In this document: positions 48,255-59,447 of the stretch, piece by piece
Position numbering within the stretch: the first letter of the stretch is position 1
Layout of the letters: each line of letters begins with the position of its first letter
NCBI GenBank assembly: GCA_907165135.1
Contig: OU015568.1
Coordinates: forward strand, 15,883,208-15,947,207
DNA: 64,000 nucleotides
Source of the DNA: Oikopleura dioica
Taxonomy: Eukaryota > Animalia > Chordata
Reading direction: 5' to 3'
Translations under genes and position numbers: made by a program
Notes under the pieces: model-generated
The model's input: only the letters and a program-made list of their open reading frames with translations
What the model was told of the DNA's origin: nothing
Databases searched by the model: none

Positions 48255-48760
48255 CTCTCAAATTTCTCTGTCTGAAAACAAAAAATATCAAATCTTTTAA
48301 AAACCAGGAAAGTGGCCCGATTTACGAGACGGGAGCGCGTTGACTCACTTCAATTTGACGCGCGCTTTTCTGATTTCTCTGCGGATCGCGGCAGATTGCT
48401 GCTTTCAAGCCTAACGAATTTTTGGAACAATCCAAATTTTGAAACTAAAATGATTCAACGGTTATCGTCGATAATAACTTATCGATGGCCCATCGACGAT
48501 GGGATTGCATCATCAATATTTGAATATTCTCGAAAGACGGTATTTATTTATTGCTTTGGCTATTTATTGGCAATTTGTTATCGTAAATGGACACTAATAA
48601 TATATTTTTAGTGTCCAATACTAGAATTAAAATGAACAGATAATGAATTTTTGCAGTATTTTGACGTAAGGATCACCTTTGAAGTCATTATATAAATCGT
48701 CGATTTAATAATTTATGAATTTAAGAAAGCTATACAAATACCAATAATGCTGTAAGATTC

Positions 48761-50745
48761 TCAAATAGATTCAGTTTTATTCAGTTCATCAAGAAGCAGG
48801 GCTCGGCAACCTGTGTAGAAAACCTGAGTCAAAGTCTGAAACATCTTATCCGGAAGCTACGGGGCCTTTCATTAGAGATCTGTCAGACCCTGACTCAGGT
48901 TTTCTACACAGGTTGCCGAGCCCAGTCAAGAAGTCGTCTTCGTTTACTCAGAACAACTCTGATGATGTTTCCGGAGTTCAGATACGATATCACTAAAGAA
49001 GCCGTCATCGAAGACCAAAAAGAGGCAAACTTACTCATGCCAATAATGAAAAAGTAGCAGGAAATATCAAAATCGCCCTTCGACAAAACGTAATCGTAAA
49101 AAATCGGAACAAACAGAACACACAAAGCAGCAGAAAGCCTGGTAAGTCCGTACAATCGACCGAAATGCTCAGCTGGAAAGGCGAGGTTCATATAAGCAGC
49201 AGTAGCACCAAGGAGGAAAGCCCTGTAAAAAGAAATCGCGATCATTGTTGTAAGCTGCATTTGTAAACTTGGCACGAGCTGAATTATTGATGCAAAGATT
49301 GCAAGGCTGCCGCATAAAAATAAACTTTCGTTTGGTTTCCGAGTACCCTACTTTGTCTGCAAAATCCTCTGCCACTACTGTACATATCAGACAACCATTC
49401 CTGAAAGAACTAGCTGCTAAGCGAATGATTCGGAGTCCTCTTGGGTCTTCTGCGAATTGAGGACTGCATTTTCTTGGCATCTGGGTTCGGCAACCTGTGT
49501 GAAAAACCTGAATCAGGGCCTGAAAGATCTTCTACGCCCTGACTCAGGTTTTCGACACAGTTTGCCGAGCCCAGCTTAGCATAAACTGCGTCCCATCCAA
49601 TATTAGGCCAACAATTGGCGAGAAAAAGACACAGTCCAACACTTGAATCTTGCCATAATAATCTGTGTATTTGCTAACGGCAGCGTCTTGTTCCGTTACA
49701 TTGCTGTATTCTTCCGCAGCAAGACCTCCAATGAAGCCGTTGAAAGTCGCAACGAAGAAATTAAACCGGAACATTTGGAAGCCAAAAGCCAATAAGTTGA
49801 TCCAGAAGAGACTCTTTTTCGCTTGATTGAGGAATTCTTTCAGATCGGATTTTGGTTCTTCCATTTTCATCAGCTCCGTCTTTTCATCTGAGAGCTTTTC
49901 TCTTTCTGTCGGCGTGTTTGCACAGCTTGAGATGCCTTTTTTAGTTTTTTGAAATATACTCGTATGTAGTATTTACGAGTTTCACGAGAAAACATTTCGA
50001 GAGAACGATCCTATTCGGAAGTCCTCGGGAATATTAAATGGAATGATGTTTTTTGGCATCAAGAAAAATGTTCTGAACAAACAAAACAACGTTGCCAACG
50101 TATACCAAAGGAAGATTGCCTTCCAACTCATCCCACTCTCGTATGCATGTTTGAAAACAACGAAGACGATCGACGAGGAGCCAAAGAGTCCATTGATGAC
50201 GGTGATGACGACTGCCCTGACCTTTGGAAAGAGATTGCCAATCGGCATGTTCGTTACTAGAACACCAGCTCCGCCAGTGCATAAAAGGCAGATGCCGTAG
50301 AAAAGAAAGCCTGCTTGCTCAGGGGTCGCTTTTCTCAGATAAATACTTGTGTAAATAAAATCGAGGCAGATTCCACGTGAAACTCTAACGTAAATATAGA
50401 TATCCTTTCTTGAGCGATGAGATAAGAACCGAGCGTCAAAGTTATGGAAGCAAAAGTTCTCGACACCCAGATTCCATACGCATCCATCAAGTAGCCGGAA
50501 AGGAGGCAAGAAACATTTGTCATAAACGCTCCGTAAGCATATAAAGCGGCGAGGCTTGAATCTTGAGAGTCGCAAATGACCTCCAACGGGTCGCATTCAC
50601 TTCTGTAATATCCCTCCTTCTTCAAGACATAAGCAAGGCTTCCGAAGCCGAGAATAACGCCGGAAAAAAGCCCTCCTTCTACAATTGCCGTCAAAAGACT
50701 AAAATTCACTTGCTTTAGGAAGGCTTACAAACCAACCTGAAATAT
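48761..50745 (-). CDS. SLC43-family MFS transporter (LAT3/LAT4/SLC43A3-like) with two MITE insertions in exons; start uncertain
   Basis: EGGLFSGVILGFGSLAYVLKKEGYY, NMPIGNLFPKVRAVVITVINGLFGSSSIVF, FRFNFFVATFN and AFPAEHFGRLYGL. Confidence 0.85.
48797..48925. mobile_element. MITE family 1 copy in the last coding exon of the SLC43 gene
   Basis: CAGGGCTCGGCAAC...GTTGCCGAGCCCAG with a perfect 8-bp TSD TCAAGAAG. Confidence 0.95.
49481..49574. mobile_element. Minimal 94-bp MITE family 1 copy in an internal coding exon of the SLC43 gene
   Basis: CTGGGTTCGGCAAC...TTTGCCGAGCCCAG with TSD CTTGGCAT/CTTAGCAT. Confidence 0.93.
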
Positions 50746-51282
50746 CGCAAACGTTTCCAACTTTCCATTTTTTGTTTCTCTTAAAAAGTTTAAAATCGTT
50801 GCCGGAACTCCCCGAGGCTAGAATATCACGCGTTCCATGAATGGAATGGTGCCATGATAGTATACTCCTGGCAGTCTTTATGCAAATAAATTTCCCACTG
50901 AAGAATCTCGCTGTGTACTAAAGAGTTTGAAGTTTGAAATCGTTGATTATTTTTGCCAAAAAGAGGAGATGGAAAGTTACAATGCCCTTAAGTATTATAC
51001 TTTGTATTTAGCAAATTATGCATTTTTAATAGAATAGTTTTTCAGAAATCAACTTTGTTAAATAAAAAAAATATTGAATTGAATCCACATATGATATAGC
51101 TGGATGTTTTCTTTACAGATGCCCCTCGCTTATTATTTCTAGTGGTGTCTGTAAAATATTTATCGCGGACGGAAAAAGAAGAGACTCAATGAATGATGGA
51201 TCGAACGTGTTACATGTCGGAAGTTACAGTCTATCGCCTTCAGGCAATAAAGAGTTTTATAAATTATATAAAGCAGACGAAT

Positions 51283-53560
51283 TCAGTCAGAAGCTCCTTC
51301 AAACGGCGCGAGCGTGTGCCATTGCGCAATTGGTCGCCTTGGTGATGCCAGCATGTCTGACCAGTGTCGAAGTTCAGTGCCAGAAGCGCCGCAGCCGACA
51401 ACAACTCGGCCGATCGGGTCGTTATTTCCAACCTTGTCGTAGTCCAGCACGGTGAAGATCATTGTGACTTTCTGCACCTGCTCAAAGGGAACTGTACCGC
51501 GGTCGAAAACCCATCTCTCTCAGCATTACGACTAATCTCAGATAATCGACCATTTCCTTCAAATGTAAATCCTTCGTTGTAATACGGGCTTAGTGTATTC
51601 TTCTTTATCGTCGTCTTTTTCTTCTTCAAACGTTTCCCATTCTGCATCAAGCTAATCTTGACATATGGATCAGATAATCCGCCTAGAATGTCATTTTTAA
51701 TTAAATATTCAAAGCAGAGCTGCTAGCTTTTAGCAGACAGCCAGGGCAGCTGATTTCGAAAAATATACTAACCGACATCCATTTTCTTCAAGTTTTTCGC
51801 TTCAAGAACATTTACCGTCAGCTTCCCCGCTGTTGGGACGTATCGAAGGGAGAAGCACAGGTCGCCGAGTCGTTCGTTATTCTTTTGAAAGGCTAAAGAA
51901 ATGGCTCTCCTTTCGTAAAACATGAAATCAAGGATGAAAATTTCAGACGCTGCGGGTAACCACTGGTGCAAAGAGGCACCATGAACTCTGCGTTATTAAT
52001 TCCAAGTGTCTGTAAATTTCGAGAGCGGGCTTGATTCTTGATGCCTCAGTGTGGTTGTCCGTGTTCAACGACGGCTAGGCACACTTTTGCATAATTAAAC
52101 GATTCGCCTGGAAAAAGCAACCATGTCAAACCGCTCGAGTGCATGTCAAATTCAGAGTTTTAAAGAGCACTAAATGAATAATTGCGAACTTCTGACGCTA
52201 CAGCACATGCTTTAGCTCTAGCCCTGCTCTTGTCGTCTTTGGACGGTTCGAGGTCGCGCCATTCTTGATGCACTTGGCCAAAGTCGATGGAGGACAACGG
52301 CACATGTATTTGCCCAAGCATGTCGTGTTTGGAGAATCTGTCGAAATCGTAAAGAGCGAGTAGGAGAGTCTTGCCTCCGATCTCATTGTAATTTACTGAA
52401 TTAGACAATAAGGATTAATTTTTTATCAAGATTTTTACCGTTGAACGTGAATTTTTCATCAAATGTCGGGTTCAGTGTTTTTCTATGAACTTTCGTCTCG
52501 TGCTTCTTTTTTCGATCAGGTAGGAGATAGACTTTTACATACGGATCCGAAGTGCCACCCAGATCCATCGCCGCTAGATCAGCAGCCTGAATAATTAAGT
52601 CTTCTGTAACTTACAAGAATGCATTTTTCCCACCTGAATGACATGAACCGTTAGTTGGCTTTGTTTAAAGTCGTAATCGAGGCTGAATTTGAGTCTTCCG
52701 AGATCTCTCTTCTTTGAACTCGTGTCAGAGTTCGAATTGACATCTGTAATAGACCCGTTATTGTTATGATTCTTGTGATCTACAAACCAATGTCAGTTAT
52801 CACCGGTTGGACGAGTTCTGGTTGCGATAATTTGAGCACTTTATCGACCTCTCCAATGGGCTATCCAAGGTTAAAACAAGAAGAAACTACACATTGAAAA
52901 ACTAATCAGAAGTAGGTGAAAAAATACAGTATGTCTACATTTGACCTTTCCTTCAATTTTGCTTCTTTCTGCTTCTTTCCATTTTGGCACCAAGCTCGGA
53001 ATATACAAGACAGTGTCATCATTGCTGCAAGGAAGGAAATTCCCAGTGCTATTGTGAAAACAGCCCATGGTGGCAAATTTGTAGCTCGCTCGATTTGCGA
53101 GAGCTCAACGCCAATTTTGTTCTTTAGAAGTTTTTAAAAGCCACTCTTTCTCTTTACGAAACCCAGAGGCTCTCGGAAGATAATTTATTAATCTGACCTA
53201 AATATGGTTTCAGTTTAAAAAAACTCTCCTTAGCAGTCTCGTAAGCATCTTCCGAGAAACCTTTCTTTTCCAAATAATGGGACGGCAGCTGTACGATTTC
53301 CCTCCGTGATCTCATTTTTGAACCCTCGTCGATGATTTCGCATCCTTTTATTGCAGACTCTGGGGCGCCGATCACATAAGTACCAGACCGTCGAGCGAGC
53401 CCTCATTTAATATGTTCCGCAAAGCATTTACGCATTATACGCAAAGCCTTACTATCTTAATTTAAGATTCTTAAAAGTTAGGCTTCTGAACTCTTACTCC
53501 TCCATGTCTTCAATTTCTTGAATTTCTTCAAACTTGTGACTTTTCGTTGCCCCTTGATAT
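51283..53560 (-). CDS. SYT1: Synaptotagmin-1-like (TM, C2A, C2B); start uncertain
   Basis: [14 protein letters not shown]; [13 protein letters not shown]; [14 protein letters not shown]; [15 protein letters not shown]; [12 protein letters not shown]; [12 protein letters not shown]; [10 protein letters not shown]. Confidence 0.9.
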
Positions 53561-53848
53561 TTGCACAGAAAATGGGAAGAGTTAATTTTAATAAAAAGAG
53601 TTGGTGTCTATTGTCGATTGAATTCTATTTGATTCCGTCAGAATACAAATAGCGTTTTTTTCATTATTCTGCGAAATCGGGCGTTAAATTTTTTGAAATA
53701 TTTTTTTGCAATATACTTTTAGTAGGTAAATTTCCGTGTCCAAATGGTTCTTGATCGTTATCGCCCAATATCGGGCGTATTTCCGGTCCATTATTTTCGT
53801 AAAAACAGTAAAATAACGATGAAAATTCAGAGAAATAAAGAAGGAAAA

Positions 53849-55711
53849 ATGAAGCTTCACTGGTTTGCTTCAGGACCGTGATATGTAGAGTCAACTGGAG
53901 GCACTTTTGAACTCAGATCCATTTTCTTTTTACATATTACATGAAAAGCAGCTCTTGGAGCATCAATATGCTATCCTCCATTAGGCTGTTTTACAGGAAA
54001 GCGGATGTAGAAGGCTGATAATCCACATTGCTTGTCGATAAAAATGATTAATCGGACAAAAGATAGTAAATTTTAAATGCATGACGCTAATAGCGTATCG
54101 TTAATATCCGTTTTGATTGACGAGCCACCTTACTCAATGGAAGGATATCGGCCCGCTCAGGTAGATTTCAAATTCAGCCACTCTTGATCAGAATCTTTTG
54201 CAGCTTCCTGAATCAATAATGGCAATTCATCCAACCTTGAAGTTGTCAACAAAAGATGGCCTGCGCGACCACAAGATCGACTGGGAAAATCCAGGTACAA
54301 ATTATTCAAGGCCAAGTGTTCCATTGTTTTGGAGGCGCATGAATGTTTAACCAACTAAATGCATGTGTTTAGATATTTCTAAATTCAAGCCAGATGCGCG
54401 CATCACCGTCGTCACACATGGATGGAATGACGGGTATTATGAAGAAGGACTTCTTGGTTTATCTAGGGAGTGGTTAACATTTAATGAATCTCCTATAATA
54501 GGATGTCTTTTGTTAAGCAAAGCTAAAGGCGGGCCTTGATGGAACACACAAATGATGATTACGTCGCTCTTGGTGGGCTTATTAAAGGGTTTATACAGAA
54601 TAGAAAGTTGAATTTTAGATTGGCATCGAGGAGCCTTGAGAATTAACTACAACAAGGCTGCGGCCAACACTCAAGTAGCCGGCCGCGCTCTTGGTCATTT
54701 CTTCGGTAAACTTCGCGCTGCAGGACTCGGCTTCTAAACCTGTGGCAAAGTCAAACGCCCAACGCTGTCTATTTTTGAACTCGAGATACAGGATTCAACG
54801 AGGAGAACTTTTACTGCGCTGGACACTCGCTCGGGGCACATGTGTGCGCATTTGCCGGAAAATGGACTCAGGAAGAATTCGGTTTTACAATCGCCCGTAT
54901 CACTGGACTAGATGCAGCTGGACCACTTTTTGAAAAAGTAGAAGGCGTGGTTAACAAATGTTTCTCCATGCTAAATGATCTCTCTAACCGGCTTTGGCTC
55001 ACTAATTGTAGCGGTTAAATATTTTAACCCCACAAGCGCCCGCTCGACTGGATCATACGGACGCTCGTTTCGTTGATCTGATGCATACTAATGGAGCGCA
55101 AGGTTTGTGATTCTGTGATTCAGAAAATTTGAATGGATAAATTTAACAAATCTTCATTCAAATATAATATGTATCGTGCCCCTTTTCGCCACTTCAAATC
55201 GCTATTTAAAAATTGAAACGGTTTTTTATCTGGTGTTGAGATTTATTGAGTGTCACATGGTTTGTGCGGGCTCAACGAACCCTTTGGACATGCTGACTTC
55301 TATCCAAATGGAGGGAACCATCAACCGGGATGTGGCTTCTTCGACTTGTACTGTAGCCATATGCGCGCAGTTGACTTGTGGATTCATTCGATTAAAATGC
55401 CAAGTTGTGTCTTTGTTACGGCTTTTCAAGTTGTCAAGAGTAGCACTATTTGAACGACAGTAGAACATCTTCAAGATGAAGTTCATGGTTGTACGGTTAC
55501 CCTAACCCTAACTGCTTCCTTGAAATTTTCAATGTAAATAATTCTCTGAAAGTCGAAGAAAGCTCCATGTCAAAACGAAGAAGATTACAAGGATGAAAAA
55601 TGCACCCAATGCTCTGGAGACGGATGCAACATTCTTGGATATTATGCAATTAAACCCTTCGAGAAAACGAGCTATTTTGGCGATACTTCGCAGCGTGAGC
55701 CCTTCTGCTAA
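53849..55711 (+). CDS. Pancreatic-lipase-family enzyme (PLA1-like, short lid, no PLAT domain)
   Basis: ICYPPLGCF, VVTHGW, GHSLGAH (Ser), ITGLDAAGP (Asp), HADFYPNGGNHQPGC, CSHMRA (His); ends EPFC*. Confidence 0.9.
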
Positions 55712-56099
55712 ATAACTGTTATTTATGGTTAAATAAAGATATTCTATTTAAAACACATCTTGCTGATCTTTGCTCTAAAATCTATTTTTAAGTTCATAGA
55801 AGGAGCTAGAATCTCCATCGTCGTGCGCGTCAAAAGAGATATAAACATAGAGTAAATGTTTTATCAGAAAGGCTGAAGTATTGATCCGTCAGCCGGTCCC
55901 ATCGACTTTTTGCGCTGCGTCGCGTTTTTTTTTTCCTTTGCCAAAAGTGTTTCTTCTTTATAGAGCCTTCTTTTCAATCTGTCGTCAAGTAAGAAATTAC
56001 GTGTGCGCTAGAATCATCGTTGAGTAAGAGATTGAGTGACAAGCAAGAAGTTCACGGTTGGTGGCGGCGGTGTAATCGCTGCGGGGCCAAACGCGGAGC

Positions 56100-58978
56100 C
56101 ACCAAAAAAATGAAAAAACTGGCGGCTTTCCAACGGAGCGACTGAACTAAACAGAATGTATGAAACAAATCAGAGGTAAAAAATTTCAGGCAGAAGAACT
56201 TGAAAATTTACAAATTAAATTTTTAAGAGAAACATGCTCACAGTTAACGCAGCCGACAGAAATTCCGGCCGAAGCAGGTGAATAAGTTTTACATAAACGT
56301 TCGTTGCGAGTTCAATTTTAACAAAGAAGAGTGGTTTAAATCGTCCTTTCAGATGGAAATTACGTTGTCGAAGTAATCAAAAATAACAGAAAGAAGCATT
56401 TAATAAAGACCAATTTGTACAGACCCCACAAATCACCTCCAAAACCAGAAAACCTCTTTCCAAAAGTGAGTCTACGGAAATCTTTTTGAAAACGATTAAC
56501 TTTCTCTAATAGGTGCCTGTAATAGTATGCAACACTGCCGAAGAATTCTACTCCCAAGACCTCAAAAATTTTTGCATGCATCCGAAGAACCCCGTCTCTA
56601 TTATCCGAGGTACATTTGAAAGCAGTCATGTCTTGTCTGGTACTCAAGTTCGTGACATAGTGCCTCTCTTTCGACTAACGAGCTTTTAAGGTGGATGCAA
56701 AGCCGCTGGCATAAACCTCGAATATTTCACGACGCGTTCGATGGTAAAACGAGCGCCGAATGCTCCGATTGAAATACGAAAGCAGACAGTCCAGTCGCCA
56801 GATTTCAACGTTAACAATGGAAAAGTGATCTGGCTCTGCTCATCGCCAAGAGAATGGAAACCGCTGAGGACATATGCGCTGTATCAGAGCCGTCTATTCC
56901 GGTAGAAATATGTTTTCCGCTACTGTATTTATTCCGTTCAGAGAAAAGAACGCTCATGAAAATCCAAACGTAATCACTTATGGTGAAGATTTGGACTTTG
57001 GAACGAATCTCGACTTGTCAGATGAAAAGCTTTGGAAAGCAGAGCTAGAAGAGCTTGGAAAACTACCGTATTGGATTCAATACAAGCACGAAAAGAACCT
57101 CCTATCGTACGTCGGGCAGCCTGTTCTCGGTGTGAACACAGTTCAAGGTGAAGAATCTATTTGGATTCTAGCGTTTCATGATCATTTCTTTCTTCAGCTT
57201 ATATAAAAGTGCCCGGAAGTAGGACTCCAGGGCACCAAGAAAATCTATGCACGTGTGCAGTGAACATTAATATTGGACCAGGCGATACCTCGTGGCTAAG
57301 TACGCCAGAAGAGTACTGGCCCGCGCTAGACGAGCTTTGCAAAAAGAATCGTGTCAACTATCTTGAGGACCCTTGGTGGCCGGCGATCGACGAGCTCATC
57401 GACGCTGGAATACCCGTTCATCGCTATATTCAACGACCTGGAGATATTGGTAAGAGACGCGAGAATTTTGCTTTTATAATTTATTTTTTCATGGAATGAT
57501 AGTAAATTAGCAAGTTGTATAGCAACGAAATGAAATGGTAAGAAAAAGAAAGAAAGGAAGAAGAGATGAAAAATTAAGCAGAGAAATCCTAAAGAGTAAA
57601 AAACTTTAAAGTAAAGAAAAACCTCGATAGGAAAAATGAGAGAAAGAAAAAAATCTGAAAGGGGAATTATACAGGTGTTAGTCCACAGCTGACGATTTCT
57701 ACCGTTTCGGCAGGCTTTGAAGTCTTCGCAGTGCTGCCAGTGCAGTTTTCCTCTAAATCGCAGTTGGAATTTCTGAGGTCCTCTTCGAGGCATTCATTTT
57801 GCCGGCGGTATTCGGCGATAAGTTCTTCTCTCAGTTTTGTTATTTTTCCCTGCTTTACCAATTCGAGAAATTCCAGTTCTTCTTTCAATTTTGCAAGATA
57901 CTCTTCTTTAATCAGCTTGGTACTGATAGCGAGCAACCCAAGGCATATTATAATGTCCCAGAAGAAGCTGTAAATGAAACAGTACACAAGTCCGAGAAGC
58001 CATGGAGGACAGCCTCTATGAATTTCTTTGATAACCGATATCATGTCAAATATAACGGGGAAAATGGGAAAGCAGATTTTTTCTTTTTTTGAATTCGTAT
58101 TTTTGAATACTCGAGGCAAAGCTTTCCTCCTTATATGAGGCACTCATACCGAGTTTGCGCATAAACAGCTGCCATAAAATAATTTCCTGCCGCGAAAAAA
58201 TAGCGTAAGATCACCCGGTCAACTAAATATGATTTATTGCCAAAGAAAATAACAGGATGAGATTGAAACATGCCGCTTTCGAGAAATTTTCTCAAGAAAG
58301 CTTTGTCTGAGAGCCACTCATCGACATTGTATTGGGATGCAAACTCTTGATTTCATCGAATAATTTAGTATTTCTGAACGCTGGAACACCGCATTGGGTT
58401 CAAGCAGACGGTTTTTGCAACAACATCGCCTGGAATTGCTTGCCAATGCAGAAATTCCATGTAAGTTCTCCAAAGCTAAGCATCAAATAAATATTCTTTC
58501 TCTAGTTTGATGTGGCTGTCGAACGCTACGAATTAAATTTGCAGCGCAAGTTCCAAAGTCTGGTGCCAATGGAGAGAGTCACGTGGAACCTTGCTGCTGC
58601 TGGACTTGAATTAGACTTCGAGATGTTCGCTTCTGTTCGCTATTTCCTCCAGCGATCCATGTTTACCCTCGCCAATTCAGTAAAGTTCATCAAATCGAAA
58701 GGAATAAAGATAATCCAGCAGGTAAGACGCATAACGAGGTTTCCAAAAATCAAGAAAAAATTTAGGCCGATGATCAGCAGCTTCGCTTTTGTGAGGATTG
58801 CGACTGCGAGCTTTACACACTGCTTTGGATCAAAGACAGCGGAAACTCAGATGAAGTATCAGTGCCTTACTGCAAAGATTGTGCCGAATCAAAAGAGTAC
58901 CAAAGCTGGGTGGTAGTGCAGCAATACACCGTTCGCAAGCTTCAAATAATGTACGACAAGCTCAAGCTAAAATGGTAA
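56100..58978 (+). CDS. KDM6-family JmjC H3K27 demethylase, apparently without TPRs; start uncertain
   Basis: [12 protein letters not shown]...[48 protein letters not shown] and the Zn domain CEDC...CKDC. Fe ligands H-x-E...H are present. Confidence 0.92.
57667..58143 (-). CDS. Nested antisense ORF (TM plus coiled coil) inside a KDM6 intron
   Basis: 158-aa ORF with a hydrophobic segment followed by E/K/L-rich heptads. It lies entirely between a KDM6 donor (about 57450) and acceptor (about 58368). Confidence 0.55.
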   Translation of the reverse strand: MPHIRRKALPRVFKNTNSKKEKICFPIFPVIFDMISVIKEIHRGCPPWLLGLVYCFIYSFFWDIIICLGLLAISTKLIKEEYLAKLKEELEFLELVKQGKITKLREELIAEYRRQNECLEEDLRNSNCDLEENCTGSTAKTSKPAETVEIVSCGLTPV

Positions 58979-59447
58979 CGCCAAAACGAAGAGCCAAAAT
59001 TTGGGTCAAGCCTCAAGCCAATTTTATTTGATTCCACACGCGCTACAGTCAACTCAAACCTGAAACAAAACAGTATACCAACTTCACCAAACAGTTCTTA
59101 AGAAAAGCTGATAAATCCCTGCCGGAATAAATTTCTCTATTATTATTGTTTTACCAGAATTTCTGCCTCAATTATTCAAAAATCGAAAATAAGATTGTTT
59201 ATTTAATCCCTTTATTAAGTATTTCAAACATTTAAATTAGAAGTGATTGAGGTAATTCCCCGCCTCGCACGGTTGTGTGGATTTGGTCAGTTTTAATGGT
59301 TGGTCAGTGGCATGTATAGGTTGAATATTGAAGTAAAATTGAAGCAAATTACTCTTCCTTGATCTGGGCCGACAGGAAATCAAGGAAGACTAACAAAAGA
59401 AGTAAAGTGTTTTTGAGCTGCTGTTTTTATCTTTTCTTCTTAGCAAA

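Noticed and set aside
4781-55711. A lipid-metabolism gene cluster (PRDX6, ACOT13-like, PLA2-like, LOX, lipase)
   Set aside because: The genes are spread over 50 kb among unrelated genes on both strands, with no sign of shared regulation.
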